Shown here piece after piece: positions 26,801-35,618 of a DNA stretch of 42,148 nt. The position numbers were made by a program, and so were the translations under genes. Within the stretch, counting starts at the first letter, position 1, and each line of letters opens with the position of its first letter. The notes beneath the pieces were generated by a model. That model had not been told where the DNA came from. It ran no database searches and saw nothing but the letters and a program-made list of their open reading frames with translations. Source of the DNA: a virus (taxonomy: Duplodnaviria > Caudoviricetes); IMG/VR virus record IMGVR_UViG_3300032302_000165, positions 1 to 42,148 of that record, one strand, 5' to 3'.

Positions 26801-28412
26801 CCACGCCATCCAACGGGCGATCGCCAACGGCGAGGTGCGGCCCACCGAAATGAAGCCGCTGGAGCTCCCCCCGGCCCCCTCGGCAGACCTCGAAGCGGTG
26901 CAGCGGGAGCTGGCCGCCATGGACCCGACGCTGCCGCTGGAGGAGCAGCTGCCGAACATGCCCGCCACCCGGCAGGCAGCGGCTGATGAGCTGCGGCTGG
27001 CAGCGGAGCACGCCCGGCAGGATGCCGAGATCGCCTGGGCAGCGGAGAAGGCGGCGCGGGAGGCCGAGGGCTACGACCTCCTTTCGCTGCAGGAGAAGAA
27101 GGCGCAGGGCCTGGGGGCGGAGTGGGTGGATCCCGTCGCCCCCGAAATCGTTCCGGGGCCTCGCGCTCAGCCGAAGACAGCGGCCGCAGCTCTTGCCGAG
27201 AGTTTAGGTGGCGATGAGTTGACTTATCTAATCGACGTACTGAGTCGCGCAAAGCTAGATGGCTACGACCTTGTGCATGCAACTGTCGCAGAAAGCGTCT
27301 CTTCTATAAAGCAAGATGGCTTTATATCCTCAGCCGTTGAGAGCGAAGGCACTGTTTTTGCTCCGTCGCATACAGGAGAGCATCGGCTAGGGACTGGCGT
27401 GTATTTTGGGCACGTCAATGACGTTAATCAAGCAGATTTTTATTGGGGCGGGAAGAAAGATGGAGGGCTTGTGTTTGTAGACTCGTCAAAACTGCGGATT
27501 AAAGAGTTTCAATCCGAAACAGCCTATCGCAGATGGCTTAAATCTAAAGACTTAAGTTTCCCGTTGGGCATTAATACCAACCTTGAAAAATACCTGCCAG
27601 ATTACGATGCGATTAGGGTCAAGTTTCCCGACTCGTCCAATGGGCCTTCAGGCTTCGAGGTGAATGTATTTGATAACAAAAAAGCAACTGGGCTGGCTGT
27701 TTACGAAGACAACATCCCTCAGTACCACCCGCAACTGGATGCCGAAAAAGAACGGCTGGCAGCCGAGTACCTGAAGCTCAACAGCAAGATCGACAGCGTG
27801 AACTTGCGCCAGGGCCTTGGCGCCCTTGACCCCGAGGCGCTGCCCCCTGAGCCGACGGGTTCCATCGCCGACCTCTTCGAGCAGCAGATGCGCAAGATGG
27901 CCGAGTCCGGCACTCGCCTCTACCGTCGCGCTGGCGAAGCCTTCGGCAACTTGCGACAGGGCCTTGATGCCCTTGATGCCGGCCAGGCCGGGCGAATCGC
28001 GTCCGAAGTATCCGGCGCTCCAGAGTTCACCCTGCCCCCAGAGCTGGCCAAGTCCTCCCCCCGATACGGACGCAAGACCCTGCAGTTCGAGTCCGATCTG
28101 GATCGCGCCGCCTATGTGCTGGCAAACGACAACGCTAAAGGAGGGTCCAAATCGGCCAACAAGTTCCGGGATGAACTGATCGCCGCTGGGCTTGATCCCG
28201 ACCAGGTGGCCGCCCACGGCAAGACCGTGAAGGAGGCGATCAAAGCTGCTGCGCGGGATACTTCGGGTGAAACCGTGGTGGTGCCGGTGCAGGACTTCGC
28301 CGCAGGGAGCCCCCGGCTGCCGCTGCCCGAACAGCAGCGCCAGATCGACGGCACCAAGACCCAGATTGATGACCTGCAACAGAAACTCAACGAAGGAGGC
28401 TGCGGCACATGA
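23877..28412 (+). CDS. Large multidomain internal virion protein with ParB-like and ADP-ribosyltransferase-like domains
   Basis: 1511 aa in the gp16 position. VVNGHNRR ParB/Srx-like motif (about 25850-25940); HAT..GF..GTGVYF..YDAI..EVNVF ART-like motif (27270-27675). Confidence 0.7.
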   Translation: MPQTLVQKNGRWQLVGDDHSHDHAPPPPTTGPKPKTPAKKAPKPWWNDPLHAVTNELRWAAKQIGGFNAGTKLISGSYSNPLMGGDPVYYDTRMSPRNPKAYSGSAPTTRQYAAAVVPGAVQTAGEGVIALGQKVLAPGKYADPRRSPPGKVLNAITRTAYSVLGAKQPEDLTEGQRGVIDNLGRQAGVEIGTLPIGGALTKGVRGAIKGTTWASRGLRWGTTLGVTHGMGALLQDSTQGSIVNATEALTGIHGLPLAVDPAKDDRVTSAIKAFFPNLVGGELTGLAGSAGARAVGVGAKAAGKSLRAADSLIQKGAEWEANRAFKKWAAGGYDPRQAEKIARQFENISRYRRAAGANTTHVTAGEKLKARGLVEDIEGQQRFTEQALEKPAPVPIPQTPDEARDAVLARWGRGAQQPADQVRGATEMVTAPVEAPVPAAAPAAAEQSSATPAATAETAPLPDPWFYDPALPEVADAQKLVSQLDPAELQAVAAVGADGGPVLQHIEEVIASRPAPQPRPEISEGWAGIPTNRLSEIYLNGAGDLQPWSAQLDRLPATTLEELSHPEASPNLAQRIANDTGKTWPFSREEVINGMQALSADGTTIVPNRLRGDIRTMRTEDIYAAPQEFQYKEGINAQGEQLGQSLGGVERWDPNAEGVLQVFTDPRDGKTKVVNGHNRRALADRLGVPTLRVEEVNATTPAAARAAGAISNISAGNGTPFDAAKFIKSTGLTDQAQLQAAGIPLDKGWGRQGLALSRLPDDIFQQAVNGEHRLGRYVALGESGLDEPGMRGAYQVLKQRPKMTEDTFREVLDQAKQQGNVVAPSAQGGLFGDEVLNPMLQRAELVADVRSGLAKDRRLFGFATRNADALSEAGATTIDTAAAGQRVADAQQALGLFDTLKNQAGPVGELLSKGAERIAQGENASIVAKQIQREIGDSIERELASSGMKATPQDMAAPAPQPAPIPEPDRATLEAHAIQRAIANGEVRPTEMKPLELPPAPSADLEAVQRELAAMDPTLPLEEQLPNMPATRQAAADELRLAAEHARQDAEIAWAAEKAAREAEGYDLLSLQEKKAQGLGAEWVDPVAPEIVPGPRAQPKTAAAALAESLGGDELTYLIDVLSRAKLDGYDLVHATVAESVSSIKQDGFISSAVESEGTVFAPSHTGEHRLGTGVYFGHVNDVNQADFYWGGKKDGGLVFVDSSKLRIKEFQSETAYRRWLKSKDLSFPLGINTNLEKYLPDYDAIRVKFPDSSNGPSGFEVNVFDNKKATGLAVYEDNIPQYHPQLDAEKERLAAEYLKLNSKIDSVNLRQGLGALDPEALPPEPTGSIADLFEQQMRKMAESGTRLYRRAGEAFGNLRQGLDALDAGQAGRIASEVSGAPEFTLPPELAKSSPRYGRKTLQFESDLDRAAYVLANDNAKGGSKSANKFRDELIAAGLDPDQVAAHGKTVKEAIKAAARDTSGETVVVPVQDFAAGSPRLPLPEQQRQIDGTKTQIDDLQQKLNEGGCGT

Positions 28413-31400
28413 GCAACTGCGACGACCTGCTCCGGCAGATTGCCGAGCTGAAGCAACGGCTGGCCAAGCAACGGGCCGATCTGGACCACACCGAACGGGT
28501 CTCGCGGCTCCTGTCGAACGATCAAACCGGCGACCCGGCCACGCAGATGCTGCGGCGCTTCCTGGGGGCGATGGATTCCGACTCGATTCGGCGGCTGGTG
28601 CGCCGATCACTGGGGGAGAGGGAGACCCCAATGGGCGCCGATGGCCGCTTCCAGAACTTCGCGCAGCTGGCGGATTGGTTCGATGAGCTGCCGGCCGAGG
28701 ACATGGGCGCCGCGGCTGAGGTGCTGCTGGGCGACTGGGCCAGCAAAGCCCCAGGCGACCATGCGTTCGTCACCTCGCCGGTAAGCCCCGAGCAGTTTGC
28801 GGACATGGCATCAGCGGCTTTCCCCGCCGCCGGCCTCGATTACGACGCTCTGGCGCAGTTTGCTGCCCAGAACATGGTGCCGGTGCAGAACATCTTGGAG
28901 GCCACCACCCGTAACCGGGTGATTGCGGACCTCACCATGCAGAACATGCTGGCGGACATCCGCTCGATCCGGGCCTTCATGGAGGAGGCCGGGGTGCCGG
29001 CACCGGTGGAGCTGGGCCGCAAGTTTGCCACCAGCTACGAGAAGGCATTGCTGGGCCAGCGCAACTGGGCACTGAACCGCCGCAAGCTGGGCCAGTCGCT
29101 GCAAAGCCTCAAGAAGGCCCCGGGTGACTTTGCCGATCAGCTGCGGATCCCCGAGCAGGACCTGATCGTCCGCCCTGGCACCGAGGAGAACCCGATCCCC
29201 ACCAAAAAGGAAATCGCTGACTACAGCGACGATTCGATCTTCGGGAAGGTGGTCAGCCTGGTGGACCAGGGCCCCGATGGCGTGGCGGGGCTGAAGCAGC
29301 TGGAGCTCGACATCCAGATCGCCGGGATGGACCCCCTCGGCTTGCTGGACGAGAAGTGGACATCACCCGCCGCCCGCCGCGACCTGGGCTACGTGAAGGA
29401 CAGCTGGTTGTTCAATGGCTTCACACCGATCTTCAGCAGCGCCATCCCCAACAGGGTGATGGAGATCCACGGCCTGGCGAAGGTGGCAGCGGAGAACGGG
29501 CCGCTGATGGCCCCGTTCGGCACCAAGGTGTTTCGCACCGCCTGGCGCGATCGGCTGGAGGGTTACCAGACCGCATGGGAGGCCTTCAGCACCAGCCAGC
29601 GGGCCATGCGGCTGGGCTTTCGAGAGCTCTACTGGGAGCGGTTCTTGGATGGGAGCACGCCGTTCGCCAACGACGTGGACATGCACGGGCGGGCGCTATT
29701 GCCGGAGCAGGAGCTGCAGCAGGCACGGGAAGTGCTGCAGAAGCCGATCAACTGGGACCCCCGGCTGTGGGCCAGCGCAGACAAGAACCCGTTCGGGGAT
29801 GAAGGGCTGATCCGCGACATCCGCGACAAGCTGCATGTGGCCTGGAAACTGACCCAGAAATCCCTGGCCGAGAAGATCCCCGGCGTCACCAACTTCCCGG
29901 TGACGCCGGGCTTCAGGATGCTGTCGGTGGACGACAACGTGGTGGGGGCCCGGATGTACCGGTTCAAGCTCCACAACGATCTGCTGATGGATGCCAAGCG
30001 CAACGGCATCCAGCTGGGCTTGGTGGATGCGCAAACTGGCGTGACCGATCAGGCCAGGCTGAAGGCCTACGTGGACAAGCAGCTCGAAGACGCGATCTAT
30101 CAGCAGATCCCGAGCGAGCAGAACCTGATCGACTTCCGCCGCAAGAACGGCATCACCAAGGATCTGGCCAGCGATGAGGACTTGCGGGCCTACATGGCGC
30201 AGAAGGGGATCCCCGGCACCCCCGTGCTTGCCAACGACATGCAGAAGGGGGCCTGGGAGTATGCCCAGGCAATGCGGATGCAGAACGACCCGGAGGGCGT
30301 GGCCGGCGCTGTCTACGACATCCAGAAGCGAGCACAGAAGGCCAGCTGGATCCTGGACTCCACCGCCTTCCCGTTCCCCAGGGTCCCAACCAACTCCATC
30401 GCGTTCCTGCTCGATGTGGCCACCGGCCCACTGGGGGCTGGATTCAAGACGGCGAAGCTGCTGACCCAACACCTCCACGGCGCCAGCCCCACGGCGGCGC
30501 AGATCGCCCAGGTGGAGAGCGCGTGGGTGCTGCAGGCCTTCCTGGGCGCCAGCTTCCTGGCGCTTGACAACCCGTGGGGAAAACTCACCGGCAACGGCCC
30601 GCAGGACCCCAAGCAGCGGCGGGAGTGGCTGGCTCAAGGGAACGTCCCCAACACGGTATTTGGGATTCCAATCCCGCTGGGCCAAGTGCCGCTGTTGAAC
30701 ACGCTGATGCTGTGGAAGGACCTGCACGATGCGGCGGACGCGGCCGGCGCCAGCCATTACGACAAGGCGACGATCGCCGCCGGCATCGGGCAGGTGATGA
30801 CGGGCGTGATCGTTCGCGCTACCCCCCTGCAGTTCCTGCAGCAGTTCCTGCAGGTTGTGCAGTCCGGCGACGAGACGCAGTGGAAGCGGTTCCTGGGCTG
30901 GATGGCATCAAGCCAGGGGAACCCCGTCAGCGGCCTGGTCCGCACTGCGGAGCGGCTTGGCGAAAGCGGCAGCAAGGACTTCTACCGCTACCCCGAGATC
31001 ACCCCCGGCGACCGCGATCTGATGCGCAACCTGCCCGAAGAGATCAGGTTCACCGAGGACGGCCTGCGCAACCTGCTGGTCACCCTGCAGCCGGCCCTAG
31101 GCCGCGTTGCTGGCGTGGCCTATCGGGAGCAGGACCACCTGGGCCGCGACATCCACCTTTCCGATGGGATGCGGCAGGAGGACCACCCAGTCGGGATGCC
31201 GGGCTTCTTCACCAGCCCGGTGCATCAGGAGCTGGCAAAGCAAGACCTGCTTGATCCTCCCCAGCCGCTGCTGACAGGTCGCCTCAACGGCGTGCCCCTG
31301 GCCCCTGAGGCGCAGAAGGAATGGAACCGCTACCGCTTCAGCACCAAGGGCGGCAGTGACTACGACCTGCTTAACGACCTCCACGGCCGATCGGGGGAGT

Positions 31401-31843
31401 TCAGCATCAAGGCGGTCCGCGCCCAGGTGCAGAAAATGAACAACGGGGAGAAAGTCACGGTGAGGGACACGGACCAACTCGAAACCCCGCTGCGCAACCT
31501 GGTGGCCCAGGCCATCAAGGGCCGCACCATCTACGAGGCCTACAACTGGCTGTTCCGTTCGCCCGAGTACCGGGCCCTGCAGGCCGATCCGGCCACCTCC
31601 TCCAACCCGGAGGTGAAGGACCGACCGCCGGCCAAGCGGCAGCAGATGCCGGGGCCATGGGTGATCCGAGAGATCGGCACCTACTACGACCTACGCGCCA
31701 CCGGGCAGCTGCAAGCCAGCGACACCCCATGGGCAAAGGAGTGGCAGGGCATGGCCGCCCAGGCGTACACCAACAGCATCCCAGAGGCCAACAACGAGTT
31801 CCGCTCGGTCATCAAGGCGCTGGTGCCGGGAAACTCTCAATGA
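28409..31843 (+). CDS. Large internal virion protein (gp16 C-terminal-like)
   Basis: 1144 aa; FPRVPTN and LTGNGPQDPKQRREWLAQG motifs as seen in cyanopodovirus gp16-like proteins. Confidence 0.75.
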   Translation: MSNCDDLLRQIAELKQRLAKQRADLDHTERVSRLLSNDQTGDPATQMLRRFLGAMDSDSIRRLVRRSLGERETPMGADGRFQNFAQLADWFDELPAEDMGAAAEVLLGDWASKAPGDHAFVTSPVSPEQFADMASAAFPAAGLDYDALAQFAAQNMVPVQNILEATTRNRVIADLTMQNMLADIRSIRAFMEEAGVPAPVELGRKFATSYEKALLGQRNWALNRRKLGQSLQSLKKAPGDFADQLRIPEQDLIVRPGTEENPIPTKKEIADYSDDSIFGKVVSLVDQGPDGVAGLKQLELDIQIAGMDPLGLLDEKWTSPAARRDLGYVKDSWLFNGFTPIFSSAIPNRVMEIHGLAKVAAENGPLMAPFGTKVFRTAWRDRLEGYQTAWEAFSTSQRAMRLGFRELYWERFLDGSTPFANDVDMHGRALLPEQELQQAREVLQKPINWDPRLWASADKNPFGDEGLIRDIRDKLHVAWKLTQKSLAEKIPGVTNFPVTPGFRMLSVDDNVVGARMYRFKLHNDLLMDAKRNGIQLGLVDAQTGVTDQARLKAYVDKQLEDAIYQQIPSEQNLIDFRRKNGITKDLASDEDLRAYMAQKGIPGTPVLANDMQKGAWEYAQAMRMQNDPEGVAGAVYDIQKRAQKASWILDSTAFPFPRVPTNSIAFLLDVATGPLGAGFKTAKLLTQHLHGASPTAAQIAQVESAWVLQAFLGASFLALDNPWGKLTGNGPQDPKQRREWLAQGNVPNTVFGIPIPLGQVPLLNTLMLWKDLHDAADAAGASHYDKATIAAGIGQVMTGVIVRATPLQFLQQFLQVVQSGDETQWKRFLGWMASSQGNPVSGLVRTAERLGESGSKDFYRYPEITPGDRDLMRNLPEEIRFTEDGLRNLLVTLQPALGRVAGVAYREQDHLGRDIHLSDGMRQEDHPVGMPGFFTSPVHQELAKQDLLDPPQPLLTGRLNGVPLAPEAQKEWNRYRFSTKGGSDYDLLNDLHGRSGEFSIKAVRAQVQKMNNGEKVTVRDTDQLETPLRNLVAQAIKGRTIYEAYNWLFRSPEYRALQADPATSSNPEVKDRPPAKRQQMPGPWVIREIGTYYDLRATGQLQASDTPWAKEWQGMAAQAYTNSIPEANNEFRSVIKALVPGNSQ

Positions 31844-31879
31844 GCTTGTAGTCGGCGCCAGGGAGGCCAGAATGCAGCA

Positions 31880-31893
31880 ATACACAGCTGCAG
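31880..31893. promoter_or_regulatory. Palindromic site upstream of tail fibre gene
   Basis: ATACA-CAGC-TGCAG(AGTAT), 9 nt before TTG 31903. Confidence 0.6.
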
Positions 31894-31902
31894 AGTATCG
31901 CC

Positions 31903-33981
31903 TTGGCCCTTGCCTCCACCACGACTTCCGGTAATGGCACGAACCGCCTATTTTCGGTTTCGTTCCCCTACCTCCTACAAGCCCACGTCAAGGTTTTTCT
32001 TAACTACGACGTCATCACAGGGAGCGGCACACAGCTGGTGGATGGGGTTGGCTTTACCTGGCTTTCCGACACCCAGATTCAGACCACTGTTGCTCCTGCT
32101 GTGGGCACGACGATCACCGTCATCCGCAACACACCATCAGGCACGCAGCTGGTGGTCTGGGCCTCCGCCTCGCCTCCCACGCAAACCAACCTCAACACGG
32201 CCGATCTGCAATCGCTGTACGCAATCCAAGAGCAGGCCGATTTTGCGGCCGCTGCGGCTTCCTTGGCTACGAGCACTGCTGCGGCCGTGACAGCGGCACT
32301 GCCGTATCAGCCCATTGCAGCAGTAGCAAACATTCCTGCTTCCCCGACAACCGGCCAGCGGATTGAAATTAGCAACACCACTGGACTGAGCTCGTTTGCT
32401 CCGCTGACCGGAAAGCCGACCGGATTTATTGGCGGCACAGATATAAAAGCTCGATTGATTTATGGCAGCCCCATTGCTTCTTCCTGGAACTGGGTCGACT
32501 ATTTCCCAGTGGATCCCGATGGCCGTTATACGCCTCTGTCGGTCAGCCAGTTGGGCACGGGCGCCCTTTCCAGGACTGTGCAATCAAAGCTGACTGACTA
32601 TCCGTCTATTCTTGATTACAACACCCTTGCTCAGGCGTTGACGGCTAACAATTCGGTCGAGTTGCCCCCAGGCGTATTCTTGTTAACTTCTGAGCTAGCC
32701 ATCCCTAGGGACGCTCTAAGAATCCGTGGGGCTGGGGCTGGAAGAACCATTATCCGCTGCGCTTCAAGCATGGCAACCGGTCATGCGTTTGTCCTAGCCG
32801 GACGTAATAATTGCATGTTTCAAGATTTTAGCCTTGACTGCAACGCTACTGCTCGTAGCTTGGCCGCTGGATCTGGCTACAACGGATTTAACGTGCAGGG
32901 AAACGGCAATTCCTGGTCAGGGGTAGAAGTCTACGGGGCGCCGCTGTACGGCATCTTGATAGATGGAAATACCATCACGTCAACTGAGAATTTAATTGAG
33001 CGCTGCTACATCAAGTTAAACGGGGGCACCGGAGTCGCTCTTAACAAAGCAAACCAAACAAAAATCGCCAATAACAGGTTTAACGATAACGGTTATGAAA
33101 ACCTCACCGTGGACGTTAGCTCCACTGGCAACATGGTGACTGGGAACCATTTTCTAAAACATCGAGGGGGGTGCGGCAATGTTGGATGGGATGATTCCGA
33201 CGCTTCAATTTTTGCCAACAATTACATAAACAGCGAGAACACCACCGTCCCTGTCCTTGGCGCCCGCCATGGTCTTGTAATTAACAGCGAATCCGGGGTT
33301 ACGACTGGGGCTATAATTGAGGGGAATATCATTATTAACTGCAATCAGTATGGTCTTATCCTTAGGAACCGGCTAGGGGAGTCCAACCCTTCGCCGCCGC
33401 CAAACTGGAACCCTTCAAAGCCTGGGGATGCGATGATCTCAGGCAATTATCTTCGGAACAATCTCACGGCAGATATAAGAATTGAAGATACAAACGAGCT
33501 TATAGCACTGGGCTATAACAACTACCAGACCATACAGATCGCTGACCCCGACGCGGCTAACATCAGGCTTCCCGCCGGGGACGCAAGCGCAGAGTTATAT
33601 CTTAATGCCACCCAGTCCATCACTGGCAACACATTTACTACGGTTGCATTTGATACGGTTGTTGCCTTAAGGGCTATCACAGCGTCTAGCGGTGTGCTTA
33701 CCCTCCCCTGCGGAGGATTTTACAATATCAATGCCAAAGTTAGGGTCAATTTCCTGGCCACTGGCATCACCAGCGTTCAGCTACGCGTTGTTACTCCAAG
33801 TGGAAACAGGATAGTAAACGCTGTTGCCCAGGCCGGCCAAACTGTCGTAGAGCTAGGTTGTAGCATTTCCAAATATATGTTACAAGGCACTGTAAGGGTT
33901 GAGGTCTATCCATTTGGGACCGGCACCGTTCAGCTCACAAGCGGCTCAGAGAATTGGCTTACCGTTGTCAATGCTGGCTAA
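31903..33981 (+). CDS. Tail fibre/tailspike: T7 gp17 N-terminal anchor plus right-handed beta-helix (pectate-lyase-like) domain
   Basis: GNGTNRLFSVSFPYL..VKV..LNTADLQSLYAIQE anchor; RTVQSKL, LPPGVFLL, IRGAGAGRTII and Asn-ladder repeats. Confidence 0.88.
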   Translation: MALASTTTSGNGTNRLFSVSFPYLLQAHVKVFLNYDVITGSGTQLVDGVGFTWLSDTQIQTTVAPAVGTTITVIRNTPSGTQLVVWASASPPTQTNLNTADLQSLYAIQEQADFAAAAASLATSTAAAVTAALPYQPIAAVANIPASPTTGQRIEISNTTGLSSFAPLTGKPTGFIGGTDIKARLIYGSPIASSWNWVDYFPVDPDGRYTPLSVSQLGTGALSRTVQSKLTDYPSILDYNTLAQALTANNSVELPPGVFLLTSELAIPRDALRIRGAGAGRTIIRCASSMATGHAFVLAGRNNCMFQDFSLDCNATARSLAAGSGYNGFNVQGNGNSWSGVEVYGAPLYGILIDGNTITSTENLIERCYIKLNGGTGVALNKANQTKIANNRFNDNGYENLTVDVSSTGNMVTGNHFLKHRGGCGNVGWDDSDASIFANNYINSENTTVPVLGARHGLVINSESGVTTGAIIEGNIIINCNQYGLILRNRLGESNPSPPPNWNPSKPGDAMISGNYLRNNLTADIRIEDTNELIALGYNNYQTIQIADPDAANIRLPAGDASAELYLNATQSITGNTFTTVAFDTVVALRAITASSGVLTLPCGGFYNINAKVRVNFLATGITSVQLRVVTPSGNRIVNAVAQAGQTVVELGCSISKYMLQGTVRVEVYPFGTGTVQLTSGSENWLTVVNAG

Positions 33982-33999
33982 AAGTGCGGGCGAAACACT

Positions 34000-34013
34000 C
34001 TGCATCCCTGTAG
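34000..34013. promoter_or_regulatory. Palindromic site overlapping TAGCAT -10-like box
   Basis: ACTCTGCA-TCCC-TGTAGCATGA; nearly identical to the site at 34499. Confidence 0.65.
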
Positions 34014-34036
34014 CATGAAACGATTGGTTGAGGCCC

Positions 34037-34291
34037 ATGCCACTTCCTGAGCCCATTTCTGGCATGGCGGTCTTGGGGGCCGGCTGGCTCCTCGGCAAGC
34101 TCGACCGATGGGCGCATGCTCGCTTCAGCACCGACACGCAGCAGGCCACGGCGCTGGCCCTGCTGACACAGAGCATCAACCACCTGGACAAGACCATGGG
34201 CCGACTCGATGCGTCGATCGATCGCCTGTGGGATCGGTGCAACAACCACGAGACCCGCATCTCAGCATTGGAAGGCAGGAATGATTCATGA
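34037..34291 (+). CDS. Small membrane-anchored coiled-coil protein (possible lysis accessory)
   Basis: Hydrophobic N-terminus, heptad coil, HETRISALEG end. Confidence 0.6.
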   Translation: MPLPEPISGMAVLGAGWLLGKLDRWAHARFSTDTQQATALALLTQSINHLDKTMGRLDASIDRLWDRCNNHETRISALEGRNDS

Positions 34292-34482
34292 TTCTTAACC
34301 ACAATTTTCAGGACTGGATGATGGCCGCCGCCGTGGCGCATGCCATTGCCGTGGTGATCGTGAACCTGACCCCGACCCCCCGCGATGACGATGCCCTGAG
34401 CACCTTCGATCGAGCCTTGGTGAAGGGTTACCGGGCGCTGGAGCTGTTGGCTGGCATCGTCACCAAGCTGGCCAAAAGCTAG
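34288..34482 (+). CDS. Small holin-like membrane protein
   Basis: AVAHAIAVVIVNLTPTPRDD..YRALELLAG. Confidence 0.55.
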   Translation: MILNHNFQDWMMAAAVAHAIAVVIVNLTPTPRDDDALSTFDRALVKGYRALELLAGIVTKLAKS

Positions 34483-34498
34483 GCATCGGCCAAATGCT

Positions 34499-34512
34499 CT
34501 ACATCCCCGTAG
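34499..34512. promoter_or_regulatory. Palindromic site overlapping TAGCAT -10-like box
   Basis: GCTCTACA-TCCC-CGTAGCATGA. Confidence 0.65.
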
Positions 34513-34538
34513 CATGAGGGGAGCCCCGCCCATCCCCA

Positions 34539-35618
34539 GTGCCCATCTACCCCGAACCCAAGCCGGCAACAACGAACGGAACGCCATTCCGCGACTCGTT
34601 TGCTGATGGCATTGTCAACGCCTCACTGTGGGCCGCCACTGTGGGGTTTGGCACGATCTCGGAATCAGCCGGAACGCTGACCATGGGCAGTGGCACCACG
34701 GCAAATAACGTCACCAGCTTGCTTTCCACACAGGTATTCCATCTGCCCGCAAAGGTGGCGGTCGGCTTGTCGCTAAGTCAGCGAATTGCCAACCAAACAT
34801 TTTTTATCGAGTTGGTATCTATTAACGATTCGGGAGTGCCTGATGGCTTGGAATTAGCTGGCCTGGTATTTGACGGAACTACCGTCACTCAGGCCAAGCA
34901 TCAAGTGCGATCGGGAGGCCTGACCGCAAACCAATCGGCCGCATCGACCTATCCGAGCACGGGGACCCCGGCCAAATTATTTGAAATTGAAGCCTCATAT
35001 GATGAGGTTTGGTTTCACGGTTCGGCAGCTCTTGATAGCGCCGTTGGCCGCGTCAATAGCTATCGGCTTCAACTCAAAGCACCCAGCCCAAACACCAACT
35101 ATAAATTACAGCTACGGTGGCTAAATGGTGCCACTGCACCGGCCAGTAATACCAATGCGCTGGTGACATTCCTGTCGGTCATTGAGTACGAGGAGCTAAC
35201 CACTGAGGTGCTTGGCGGTCGGGGAACAAACGCCGCTGGGGCGGCCCCATCGGTGCTGGTCGCTGGCGGCAGCGCTGAAAATCCATTGCCGGTGGTGGTG
35301 CTCGATGGCAGCGGCACCGGCACAGCGCTGGGCTTGCCAACGGCTGACGCTCAGACCTCAGTGGCAACCTCGACCACGACGGTGCAGCTGCTGGCCGCCA
35401 GGACGACCAGGAAGCGATTGCTGATTTTCAACCCATCAGGAGGTGCAGCGCTCAGTATCGGAAGCGCCACACCGGTGACGACCGCAAACACGTTTGTGAC
35501 AATCCCCGCCGGGAATGGAGTGTTTATGGATCAAGCAGATTTCACGGGCGTAGCTGGAGCCTGGTACGGCCTGCTGGCATCAGGCACCAGCACCGCCCAG
35601 GTGCGGGAGTCATATTGA
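34539..35618 (+). CDS. Beta-rich putative virion/fibre accessory protein
   Basis: 359 aa, Thr/Ser/Gly-rich; C-terminal QLLAARTTRKRLLIFNP domain. Confidence 0.6.
   Translation: MPIYPEPKPATTNGTPFRDSFADGIVNASLWAATVGFGTISESAGTLTMGSGTTANNVTSLLSTQVFHLPAKVAVGLSLSQRIANQTFFIELVSINDSGVPDGLELAGLVFDGTTVTQAKHQVRSGGLTANQSAASTYPSTGTPAKLFEIEASYDEVWFHGSAALDSAVGRVNSYRLQLKAPSPNTNYKLQLRWLNGATAPASNTNALVTFLSVIEYEELTTEVLGGRGTNAAGAAPSVLVAGGSAENPLPVVVLDGSGTGTALGLPTADAQTSVATSTTTVQLLAARTTRKRLLIFNPSGGAALSIGSATPVTTANTFVTIPAGNGVFMDQADFTGVAGAWYGLLASGTSTAQVRESY

Noticed and set aside
25566-27011. Long antisense ORFs (also 4385-5419, 14181-15227, 20992-22023, 29696-30757, 37472-38584)
   Set aside because: Shadow frames of high-GC genes; no recognisable motifs or independent signals.
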